From positions 1-64,000 of IMG/VR virus record IMGVR_UViG_3300042934_000519: 64,000 nt of DNA; one strand, written 5' to 3'. The notes beneath the pieces are model-generated. The model was not told where the DNA came from, made no database searches, and saw only the letters and a program-made list of their open reading frames with translations. A program made the position numbers and the translations under genes. Shown here one piece after another: positions 1 to 7,776 of the stretch. This DNA is from a virus. Numbering within the stretch: position 1 is the stretch's first letter; every line of letters starts with the position of its first letter.

Positions 1-9
1 CTTGCTGCG

Positions 10-942
10 ATGTCGCCGGGTACGCTGCTCACTGACAACGCATCGTTGCTTAACTGTGAATTCAGTGAATTGATGTACCGCGTCTCAGCTGACAGTGGTC
101 TAACCGGTGCCAGTTCTTGGCTCAAGTACGCCTTGACAGCGATTGGGTTCGGTTCGAACTATGAAGTGGGCGCTGCAACGATTTGCATGGAAAAGATGCC
201 GTCGCTGTATAACCTATTCCGTGGTTTCGCCGGGATCAAAGCTTCCCACAAAGGGGACTTCTCCGGTGCACCGACAACCCGTGGCTGGCGACCTGTTCTG
301 GAGCTGGTTGAACCAATGACCTTCCAAGGCGAAGTGGCTCAGAGCGATCTGATCACCTCCGCTGCTCTGGTCAGTGCACTGGGGATGACCGCTGGTGGCG
401 TTATCGCCGCTAATGCAAACGTACCGTGGCTCAAAGTGACCCAGGACGGGATAACTCGTTACATTGCCAAGAAACCGTTCCGTAACAACCTCTCATGGAG
501 TGCCCTGAACGACTTGGGGATTGCCACAGGAACGAAGACGATTCAGATCGGTGGAAGAACGTACAAGGTGCGGTTGCTCAAAGGGTCGCAGATGAACGGT
601 ACGTCGGTGCTCCCGGTGAACATCACGAGTTACGATCCACCCGTGTCTCAGTATTCGGAATGGAACACGAACCTGTACCACCTGTTCAACGGTGTTTCTA
701 CCGACACCAAGAACACCATGGCGTCCGAAGGTCTCTCGGTGGGGGATAAGGCGCAGTACTCAGAAGCCCAGCTCGGCTTTGGTAACAGCGAGCCAGGTCA
801 ATGGACACTGTGTCAGGAACTCAACACCGACGGTACCGCAGTTTGCCGCGGTGGGTTTGGCATCAGCAGTCACTCAGGTGCTAATGCCAGTGCATCGTCA
901 CCGACGTTTGGCTGGCGACCAGTGCTTGAATTGGTCGGCTAA
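10..942 (+). CDS. Putative virion protein with tandem 'WLK...GWRPVLE' (C-type-lectin-like) domains; probably begins upstream of the window
   Basis: Two copies of a domain ending GWRPVLELV; paralogs at 7777 and 8542. Confidence 0.7.
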   Translation: MSPGTLLTDNASLLNCEFSELMYRVSADSGLTGASSWLKYALTAIGFGSNYEVGAATICMEKMPSLYNLFRGFAGIKASHKGDFSGAPTTRGWRPVLELVEPMTFQGEVAQSDLITSAALVSALGMTAGGVIAANANVPWLKVTQDGITRYIAKKPFRNNLSWSALNDLGIATGTKTIQIGGRTYKVRLLKGSQMNGTSVLPVNITSYDPPVSQYSEWNTNLYHLFNGVSTDTKNTMASEGLSVGDKAQYSEAQLGFGNSEPGQWTLCQELNTDGTAVCRGGFGISSHSGANASASSPTFGWRPVLELVG

Positions 943-996
943 CATATACACCACCCGTCGTGTTGACGGGTGTCCTTCTACATGTGGAGATACACC

Positions 997-1458
997 ATGC
1001 TGATTAACATCAACACCCTCCAGCGCATCGAACCGTACGAGCTGCGTAGCTTGTACCCGAACACGTCCTGGCCGATCGAGCCTTCTGACGCTGCGCTGGC
1101 TGACATCGAATACCGCAACCTGTTCCCAGGCGAGCAACCGGCTGTGACCGACACCCAAAAGGTGATCGACAATGGTAGCGAGCAGCGTGAAGACGGCAAG
1201 TGGTACATCGTCTGGGCTGTGGTCGACAAGACCCCGGAAGAGATCTTCGCCGAAAGCCCACGCGTGTTCGAAATCCAGATGCGTCTGCCGCAGATCGATC
1301 CTGAATCGGTTCCGTTGATCCGCGCCGTGGTGACCAACAAGGCCACCCAAGAGCAGATCGACAAGCTGGCCGAGCTGGAGCAAGAGTTCCTCGACCTGAC
1401 TGCCGAGCTGAAAGCACTGACCCCAGTGCCGCCGACTCCGGAAGTCCCTGTCGAGTAA
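997..1458 (+). CDS. Tail-fibre assembly/chaperone-like protein
   Basis: GGAG RBS; YPNTSWP...DGKWYIVW pattern typical of small tail-fibre-associated proteins; lies between fibre-like genes. Confidence 0.55.
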   Translation: MLININTLQRIEPYELRSLYPNTSWPIEPSDAALADIEYRNLFPGEQPAVTDTQKVIDNGSEQREDGKWYIVWAVVDKTPEEIFAESPRVFEIQMRLPQIDPESVPLIRAVVTNKATQEQIDKLAELEQEFLDLTAELKALTPVPPTPEVPVE

Positions 1459-1460
1459 GA

Positions 1461-1498
1461 CGGCATAGACCTCACCGTCATCAGACGGTGAGGTCTTC
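1461..1498. terminator. Hairpin with CGGCATA (TATGCCG on the minus strand)
   Basis: AGACCTCACCGTC-atca-GACGGTGAGGTCT inverted repeat. Confidence 0.7.
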
Positions 1499-1524
1499 TC
1501 CTTATCTGTTTAGAGGTGTGCCGA

Positions 1525-3300
1525 ATGAAAAGTAATCTACTGGGTGCAGCTCGTTTTGTACCCAAACCCAATCCAAACAACGTGGGTTCGGTCACGCGTT
1601 ACATGTCGTTGTGGGACAATGAACTGATCGATGACGTCACTGAAAGGTTCGCTCTCGAAACCACAAGCGACGCGACCGTCTATCCTTCACAGGTCAGTGG
1701 TCAGAAGCTTCGGGTAGCCAACAAGTCTTACCGCGCCATGACAGCACACGAATCGTACCAGATTAAGTCTGGCCGACCCTTTTCGATTCAGTGTAAGTTC
1801 AACGTCACCAACGCACCCGATGCGTACGCAGGCGGCCTGCTGTCGGTGTGGTCTGAATCCGATGGTGCGCAGAACGGTTGGATCTTGGCAGTCATGGCGG
1901 ATCGTTCGATCTCGCTTCAGATCTCGCCTAACGGTTCTCAAACGACAGGTGTCGTACTCATCGGTTCTCCTGCCGGTGCTGTGACATTTGGCACGGATTA
2001 CCATGTGGCTGTTGAACGAGACATCAACAACAAGATCACCCTGTACCTCAATGGCGTGGCAGTTGCTACTCAGACGTCTTCGGTAGGATCGTTTGCAGCC
2101 ACTACTCGGCTGATGGTCCGTCGAGGTTGGTTGGGTTCGGTGTGGGACATTCAGTTCTCAGATGCCGTGGTCTTCGGAAAGACGTTTGTCCCTCCGTTGA
2201 AGTTCCCACGCTTGATTCCTGACCTGAAATACTCCCAAGCCATTAACGACTCCATCGTCACGCAATTGGCGTTTCGTCGCGATGACCCGCATTGTGAAGT
2301 GACCGGGCAACCTATCCAGTTCTCGACTACTGCGCAAGTCTACAGCGGGACATTGCTGGCAGGCACCACGCTCAGTGAGACCTATAACCTGCCCGTGCCT
2401 TACTGGGGTGCAGGGGACTTCACTTACGAGACGAAGTTCTGCATCAACGGTACTATCGGTGGTGGCGGAGCGATGCTACCATCACACTGGTTCAACGGTG
2501 GTGCAACCAGCACCGATAACCGTTTTCTGTGTTACGTGTTGCAGACCGGTGAAATCCGATTCGCCATTAACAATGGTAATGGGGTGCCTGGTTCAACCTT
2601 CGGTAGTTCCCCTGCGGGTGCGGTTGTAGTCGGCAAGGACTATCACTTTGTTGTTGAGCGAGTCGACGGCGTCGTAAAAGGCTACCTCAACGGTGCGCTG
2701 GTCTTTACCTTTACCTTTGCACCGGCGATGTGGGCAACCACCGGTAACCGTCTGTTCAACTCGTACAATGGCTCGACAGCTTGCCGTGTGACCGTGTGGG
2801 ATTTCCGAATTGCCAAACGTGCACTGTACAACGGCGTGATCGTGAAACCGAGTGTGTTGCCTAAGATGCTCGTGGACTATAAGAAGTCCGTGCCCAATTT
2901 CAAGTTGCGGGTCGGATCGCTCACAGGAACCACGAACGGTGAACTGCGGGGCTTTGCCAAGCATGTGCTCTACGGCGGACAGCCAGTTAGTTTCGGTGAG
3001 TTGTTTCCGCAGGTGTTTTACCACACTGGCTTGCAGCGGATGATTCGCATCAAAGCCATCATTACCCAGAACGGCCAATACGTGGTGTTCTCCTGCGCCT
3101 ACTCTAACGAAGTGCGTCAGACAGACACGCCATTGATGACCAACACCATTAAATTGGGCGCGTCGCAATGGAACATGTTTGCCGGTACGCCGCCTGGCAT
3201 GGGTAACACCGGTGATGTCAACTTCTATTACACGGGAGTCGGCGCTGCGGGTGCGTTGTTTGCGACAGACGAAGCGTTGGTTGACTTCGCTTTCGTTTAA
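1525..3300 (+). CDS. LamG/concanavalin-A-like domain virion (tail fibre/adhesin) protein
   Basis: Two LamG-like repeats (DYHVAVERD...LYLNGV; DYHFVVERVDG...YLNGA). Confidence 0.7.
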   Translation: MKSNLLGAARFVPKPNPNNVGSVTRYMSLWDNELIDDVTERFALETTSDATVYPSQVSGQKLRVANKSYRAMTAHESYQIKSGRPFSIQCKFNVTNAPDAYAGGLLSVWSESDGAQNGWILAVMADRSISLQISPNGSQTTGVVLIGSPAGAVTFGTDYHVAVERDINNKITLYLNGVAVATQTSSVGSFAATTRLMVRRGWLGSVWDIQFSDAVVFGKTFVPPLKFPRLIPDLKYSQAINDSIVTQLAFRRDDPHCEVTGQPIQFSTTAQVYSGTLLAGTTLSETYNLPVPYWGAGDFTYETKFCINGTIGGGGAMLPSHWFNGGATSTDNRFLCYVLQTGEIRFAINNGNGVPGSTFGSSPAGAVVVGKDYHFVVERVDGVVKGYLNGALVFTFTFAPAMWATTGNRLFNSYNGSTACRVTVWDFRIAKRALYNGVIVKPSVLPKMLVDYKKSVPNFKLRVGSLTGTTNGELRGFAKHVLYGGQPVSFGELFPQVFYHTGLQRMIRIKAIITQNGQYVVFSCAYSNEVRQTDTPLMTNTIKLGASQWNMFAGTPPGMGNTGDVNFYYTGVGAAGALFATDEALVDFAFV

Positions 3301-3320
3301 GGGAGAGGATTTACCTATCT

Positions 3321-3468
3321 TATGTACAGGCAGTTTCGACTGCACGTAAGGGGGTGATCCAGCCTAGTTCCTTCCCGGAACGGTGAGCATTGCCGCGAGG
3401 CATCGTATACGTTCCACGGCGCCTGTGCATGACCTGTCTCCGTTGCTGGGGACAGGTCACTTATGCCC
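3321..3468 (+). ncRNA. Candidate small structured RNA (about 110 nt plus terminator)
   Basis: TATG at 3321; 10-bp closing stem 3322-3331/3421-3430; internal hairpins; ends in hairpin 3430-3459 plus TATGCC. Confidence 0.5.
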
Positions 3469-3512
3469 TATCTTTACTTTTCGGAGTACACCCATCTACA
3501 GGACTCGACCTT

Positions 3513-3899
3513 ATGCCTAATACCGCACCAATGATGACTGGTTGGAGTCGGATGATCATTTCTATCCGGCGCCGTATTACACGGAGTAAAGTGAGGATGT
3601 TCACCGCAGCCGGTGAGATCCTTTCCCAGAAAAAGGAATGGTACGGTTCAGCCAACACCATTGATGGCGTCTTCACCTTTGATTACACCAACGCAGGGTT
3701 TACCAAGGTCCTGCATGTCGAGCCCGTGGCGGTCTATGTAGACACCACGTTCAATAACCAAGTCATTGCCTGCATGAACTCCGTAACGCTTACCAAGGCC
3801 ACTGGACGTACGGTCACAGGAGGCACTTCTGTTGTTGCCGGAAGCGGATTGACTAAGAAAGCAATCGTTTTGGTGATGATAAAAGTTGTAGGTTATTGA
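3513..3899 (+). CDS. Small beta-rich protein, possibly tail-fibre related (start uncertain)
   Basis: ORF 3390-3899; first in-frame ATG after the terminator is at 3513. Confidence 0.5.
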   Translation: MPNTAPMMTGWSRMIISIRRRITRSKVRMFTAAGEILSQKKEWYGSANTIDGVFTFDYTNAGFTKVLHVEPVAVYVDTTFNNQVIACMNSVTLTKATGRTVTGGTSVVAGSGLTKKAIVLVMIKVVGY

Positions 3900-4026
3900 T
3901 ATCGTGTAAAAAATTCCTACACTGGTGTTTAGTATGTGAAGAACCCGCCGCCTACACCCCAACGGTTCCCATCGACCGTCAGCGCTTCGCCTTGAGCGAT
4001 TGCTTACGGCGACGGGTCTTCACCCT

Positions 4027-4103
4027 GCTTCGTTAGCTCAGTTGGTCAGAGCACTAGCCTGTCACGCTAGGGGTCACCGGTTCAAGTCCGGTACGAGGCG
4101 CCA
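4027..4103 (+). tRNA. tRNA-Asp(GTC)
   Basis: Cloverleaf, loop CTGTCAC, T-loop GTTCAAG, CCA. Confidence 0.95.
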
Positions 4104-4104
4104 T

Positions 4105-4181
4105 TGGCGATTAGCTCAGATTGGTAGAGCAAACGGCTGTTAACCGTTGGGTCCCTGGTTCGAGTCCAGGATCGCCAGCCA
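4105..4181 (+). tRNA. tRNA-Asn(GTT)
   Basis: Cloverleaf, loop CTGTTAA, G73, CCA. Confidence 0.95.
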
Positions 4182-4221
4182 ATTTCACGATCATCCTATA
4201 GCCCTTCAATGGAGACTTAGG

Positions 4222-4479
4222 ATGATTAAGTTCTGGAAGTACCATTCATTGTCTATCAGTTTGTCCATCGTCTTCTTGGCGATGTTGATAGCCAGTTGGC
4301 CGCTAGGTCGTACCCTCTGGGACGGCAAGGGCGAATACTTCTACTTCTGGCTGGGACAGACAATCTTCAGCCTTGAAGCGGATGTGTTTGGGGGAATCAT
4401 TCTGGTGCTGTTTACCAAGTGGTTCAAAGAGCGCCACAGCGCTTCCTCTAATCCTCCTAAAAATCATACAGCCATGTAG
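4222..4479 (+). CDS. Small membrane protein (DUF6766-like)
   Basis: GGAG RBS; two hydrophobic segments; stop codon lies inside the following tRNA. Confidence 0.55.
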   Translation: MIKFWKYHSLSISLSIVFLAMLIASWPLGRTLWDGKGEYFYFWLGQTIFSLEADVFGGIILVLFTKWFKERHSASSNPPKNHTAM

Positions 4480-4545
4480 CTCAGTCGGTAGAGCAGAAGA
4501 CTCATAATCTTTTGGTCGGTGGTTCAAATCCACCCGTGGCTACCA
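4470..4545 (+). tRNA. tRNA with CAT anticodon (Met or lysidine-Ile2)
   Basis: Cloverleaf, loop CTCATAA, CCA; identity not resolvable by eye. Confidence 0.9.
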
Positions 4546-4579
4546 GTCTTTTCCAATCTTATGGTCACCACCAGAGAGA

Positions 4580-5260
4580 ATGGAAATGCACGTTGATATC
4601 TCGCAGTACAAAATCGCTACACCGTTGCCTGTCTCCTTGACCAACCCAGTTGCTTTGGAAGTCATGGGCGCGTACGCCTTGGCTAACTGCTCAAGCTGCG
4701 TTGTCCAGTTGGAAGACGGTTCCATTCAGTTCACTGCCCTGACTAAAGGTGCAGCCAGCAAGAGCGTTCATCGCACTCGCACTGAATGGAAGGAAGCGGA
4801 GTACTGGGCCCTTTCGAGCGCTGCCCATCACTGGAGCCGCCAAGAGATAACGCTGGTCAAGGTCAACTCTGCTCAGAAAGTCGTCGTGGCTCAAGTCCAC
4901 GTCAAGAACGCCAACACACCGGCATTGAAGGTGTTCTGGAACAAAGGCAAACTCACCATTGGCTTCCGTGCCAGTTTTGACAACCCTGAGCTTCAGAACC
5001 TGACGATCCTGGACAACGTGCCACTGGGCGTTCCGTTCAAGATTGCAGTGCATGTAACGAAGGCAGGTTCCGTCTCGGTCTCGGCGATGTGTCAAGGGCG
5101 TAAGTCCTCGCACCCACCGCTGCGTCTGGACAGCTCATGGCAAGACCGTGTCCTTCAGTTCCATGGCGGCATCTACAACCAGATCGATTACTCGTCGACC
5201 ACTCACAAGGACGACGGCTCGGTCTGCATCATTACGGAGTTGTCCACAACTCACGAATGA
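4580..5260 (+). CDS. Polysaccharide lyase family 7 (alginate lyase-like)
   Basis: PL7 motifs RTEWKE (R-x-E-L-R-E), QVH (QIH), QFHGGIYNQ (YFKAGxYxQ). Confidence 0.8.
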   Translation: MEMHVDISQYKIATPLPVSLTNPVALEVMGAYALANCSSCVVQLEDGSIQFTALTKGAASKSVHRTRTEWKEAEYWALSSAAHHWSRQEITLVKVNSAQKVVVAQVHVKNANTPALKVFWNKGKLTIGFRASFDNPELQNLTILDNVPLGVPFKIAVHVTKAGSVSVSAMCQGRKSSHPPLRLDSSWQDRVLQFHGGIYNQIDYSSTTHKDDGSVCIITELSTTHE

Positions 5261-5268
5261 CGTTTAAA

Positions 5269-5344
5269 GGGTGAGTAGTTCAATTGGCAGAGCGCTGGTC
5301 TCCAAAACCAGATGTTGCAGGTTCGACTCCTGCCTTGCCCGCCA
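5269..5344 (+). tRNA. tRNA-Trp(CCA)
   Basis: Cloverleaf, loop CTCCAAA, G73, CCA. Confidence 0.95.
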
Positions 5345-5580
5345 GTTCCTTTTCCTCAGCGTGTCCTATCTACCCTAGGCACCGAACTGCACGCTGAGGA
5401 TCATAGCTCCACGACCCCACGACACGAGCCTGACGGTTGCACCAGTCTTGTATCAGGGAAGTTCACCGCCATACCCCGACGCACCGTACCGTGATCTGGC
5501 AACGCAGTCACGACTACCGCGCACCCTTGACCTAAGCGATAACAAGGTCACCCGCCACTGGGTAACGTGGCACACTTTCC

Positions 5581-5668
5581 GGAGAGGTTCCCGAGTGGTC
5601 AAAGGGATCAGACTGTAAATCTGACGTGCGACCGCACTTCGAAGGTTCGAATCCTTCTCTCTCCACCA
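5581..5668 (+). tRNA. tRNA-Tyr(GTA)
   Basis: Cloverleaf with long variable arm, loop CTGTAAA, CCA. Confidence 0.95.
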
Positions 5669-5675
5669 ATTTCAT

Positions 5676-5850
5676 GGGTACGATCGCGGTAACGTCATAG
5701 CGTCGAGTAGCTCAAAGCAAAAGAGCAGCCCTAGTAACACGTAAGGGTTGGTTGGAGGTAGAGTCCGAAATCCTCCCTCGACACCCCACCGTGAAAGCGG
5801 ATTAACAATAGACGTTATTAAAGGCCGAAAGGCTGGACACTGATCAACCC
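5676..5850 (+). ncRNA. Structured RNA with nested tRNA-like domain (5701-5788)
   Basis: GTCGAG/CTCGAC acceptor-like stem, TAGCTCA..GAGC D-arm, enlarged anticodon and T loops; outer helices 5690-5696/5811-5817 and 5676-5685/5842-5850. Confidence 0.55.
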
Positions 5851-5870
5851 GCCCTTTAAAGAGACACGCC

Positions 5871-6074
5871 ATGCTTGAGTCCATTGAAGAGAACCAGACT
5901 TATCGGTCTCCTAGTGGCCTTGAGTTCAAGGTGTTGTCACTTGCAAGACACGCTCAAGACTGTTCATGGCCCATGGTCGTGTACACTAATCTGGAGCCTA
6001 CCAAAGACGCTCCTACTGGAACCGTCTGGGTAATCGCAGAGAGCATCTTCCTGCGAACGTTTTCATTGTTGTAA
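5871..6074 (+). CDS. DUF1653-like small protein
   Basis: YRS..G.EFKV...ARH....MVVY..L....VWV.....F pattern. Confidence 0.6.
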   Translation: MLESIEENQTYRSPSGLEFKVLSLARHAQDCSWPMVVYTNLEPTKDAPTGTVWVIAESIFLRTFSLL

Positions 6075-6076
6075 TC

Positions 6077-6151
6077 CCCTGGATAGCTCAGTCTGGTAGA
6101 GCAGCGACCCCTGGTTGCATGTCGTAGGTTCGAATCCTACTCTCGGGGCCA
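6077..6151 (+). tRNA. tRNA-like RNA with a 5-nt anticodon loop (non-decoding/pseudo)
   Basis: Normal D-arm, GTTCGAAT T-loop and CCA; anticodon arm GCGAC-CCCTG-GTTGC; one acceptor mismatch. Confidence 0.75.
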
Positions 6152-6155
6152 TTTC

Positions 6156-6272
6156 TGACAAACTCACACTCGCAGGCCATGGAGGGTGGGACATGCTGTA
6201 CGGCGTTCCTAGATCGCCAGCGGTGACCGCGTAGCCCCGTAACCAATCGGAAACGTGCCACTGAGTTTGTCA
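6156..6272 (+). ncRNA. Closed-stem spacer RNA between tRNAs
   Basis: 11-bp perfect terminal stem TGACAAACTCA/TGAGTTTGTCA enclosing internal hairpins. Confidence 0.45.
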
Positions 6273-6283
6273 TTCGTTTTAAT

Positions 6284-6361
6284 TGGGGTGTCGCCTAGTC
6301 TGGCCTAAGGCAACGGGTTTTGATCCCGTGAGCATTGGTTCGAATCCAATCACCCCTTCCA
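6284..6361 (+). tRNA. tRNA-Gln(TTG)
   Basis: Cloverleaf, loop TTTTGAT, U1:U72 mismatch, CCA. Confidence 0.9.
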
Positions 6362-6383
6362 TTTCGCATTGGAGATCTGCACG

Positions 6384-6599
6384 ATGTGCAACCGTTTAGG
6401 TAAACGCAAGCGCCTTCTCCAAGGCAAGACAGCTGACCTCCCCTTCTCTTTGAAAGGGTTAGCAGGTTACTGTCCGAACCCTTCTGACTTCGTCTCATCC
6501 GTGCCCAGTTCGGTCAAACGTACAGGCGTGCTTCACATTACGGAGCATCCAGACGGCAGCGTCCAGTCGGTCCTCGTTCCCGATTCAACAGTATCATAG
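6384..6599 (+). CDS. Hypothetical protein
   Basis: GGAG 9 nt upstream; stop codon inside tRNA-Ile. Confidence 0.35.
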   Translation: MCNRLGKRKRLLQGKTADLPFSLKGLAGYCPNPSDFVSSVPSSVKRTGVLHITEHPDGSVQSVLVPDSTVS

Positions 6600-6666
6600 C
6601 TCAGCTGGCTAGAGCGCCGCCCTGATAAGGCGGAGGTCCGTGGTTCAAGTCCACGTGGTACTACCA
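6590..6666 (+). tRNA. tRNA-Ile(GAT)
   Basis: Cloverleaf, loop CTGATAA, A73, CCA. Confidence 0.95.
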
Positions 6667-6733
6667 TCTACTGATCAATCCGTGCTTGCTCCGTAAACAG
6701 CGCATGCTGATGAAAGACCTGGCGGATAGATCC

Positions 6734-6811
6734 TGTTCTGTAGCTCAGTTGGCCAGAGCGTCGACCCGCATACGTCGAAGGTCCCTAGTTCGAGTCTAGG
6801 CAGAACGACCA
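6734..6811 (+). tRNA. tRNA-like RNA with an 8-nt anticodon loop lacking U33
   Basis: Intact acceptor, D and T arms and CCA; TCGAC-CCGCATAC-GTCGA. Confidence 0.75.
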
Positions 6812-6895
6812 TTTTCCTTGTAATGCCCGTCCATCGTGGTCTTAGGCGCCCTGGTGCTGCCGAGTACGAACACGGTGCGCTGGGCACCTTTTCAC

Positions 6896-6998
6896 AGCAC
6901 TGTATCTCAGTTGGCAGAGACTCTTCCCTGACTGGCCCTTCGGGGTTCGGTCAACCATTTGAAGAAGGTCGGTGGTTCGAATCCATCCAGTGCTACCA
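6896..6998 (+). tRNA. tRNA-like RNA with anticodon loop replaced by a 34-nt UUCG-capped hairpin insert
   Basis: Perfect AGCACTG/CAGTGCT acceptor plus ACCA, D-arm, GTTCGAAT T-arm; TCTTC/GAAGA stem encloses TGACTGGCCC-TTCG-GGGTTCGGTCA. Confidence 0.75.
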
Positions 6999-7008
6999 TG
7001 TAATGTCC

Positions 7009-7082
7009 AATCCCCGTACTCGCCGTCGCTCCTCGGACGCCTTTGAGCATTCCGATAGAGGGGCGAACCGACGACGGGGATT
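7009..7082 (+). ncRNA. Long imperfect hairpin RNA after the tRNA cluster
   Basis: AATCCCCGT/ACGGGGATT terminal stem; inner CGCTCCTC/GAGGGGCG. Confidence 0.4.
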
Positions 7083-7099
7083 GGGCTCCCAACACTAGA

Positions 7100-7125
7100 G
7101 TGCGGCCTTAGGGTCGCTTTCTTTT
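7100..7125 (+). terminator. Intrinsic terminator
   Basis: GCGGCC-ttag-GGTCGC plus TTTCTTTT. Confidence 0.6.
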
Positions 7126-7130
7126 GTCGC

Positions 7131-7508
7131 TGTAACGTGATTGTGCTGAAGCGCGCCTTCGTCCAAAACTTAGCTTCTAACTCCTTTGATCGGGAAATTA
7201 GCAGTGAGGACTCATGCCCGTCGGAAGAGTTGATCACTCGAACTCTGAGGCGGTGGTTGTGAATTCCGGTAGAACCCGAAATCCGGATGGCGTATTCTTG
7301 GCCGCCAAGTGCGGTGCAAGGGATGAAACAGGCGCAGTTGTGGGGACGTTACATTTCGAAGTATTGGCTGGCTGACGGGACCTGTGGAAAGGTTACTGCG
7401 CTAAGCCATAATACCGCGGTCTCGGGTCTTCGGAATTAAGTGGTTGAGTTTCCCCTCAGCTGCAAGAGGCACTATTTCATAAAGGCCTGCCTTCGGGCAG
7501 GCTTTTAT
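7131..7508 (+). ncRNA. Candidate pseudoknotted RNA of about 350-380 nt
   Basis: No credible ORF; crossing helices 7131-7138/7346-7353, 7217-7224/7372-7379, 7332-7338/7395-7401; UUCG terminator 7483-7508. Confidence 0.55.
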
Positions 7509-7529
7509 TCCGTCAGTAAGGAAATCGCC

Positions 7530-7730
7530 ATGACCTTGGAAGAGAAACACGCCAATCGTTACTACATCAAGAAAGTCAAGTGGCACCCGTGGGGCTGGGT
7601 AACTCTCTGTGGGGATGGAACGTTCCCAATCCATCGCGGTACCTACCTGCAATGTTTGCGCTACGCCAATCAGCTTCAGACAGCTTTCTACGATGGACTG
7701 TACGTCGGTCAGACCAAAGACAAGCTGTAA
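7530..7730 (+). CDS. Hypothetical protein
   Basis: AAGGA RBS; follows terminator. Confidence 0.6.
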   Translation: MTLEEKHANRYYIKKVKWHPWGWVTLCGDGTFPIHRGTYLQCLRYANQLQTAFYDGLYVGQTKDKL

Positions 7731-7776
7731 CGTGCACCGTATCCTATGCCCTTTTGTAATTCTCTAGGTATTGGAT

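Noticed and set aside
840-942. DGR variable repeat at the end of the GWRPVLE genes
   Set aside because: No near-identical template repeat or reverse transcriptase in the window
6704-6715. CTGATGA followed by AAG, a hammerhead-like core
   Set aside because: No stem II and GAAA arrangement downstream
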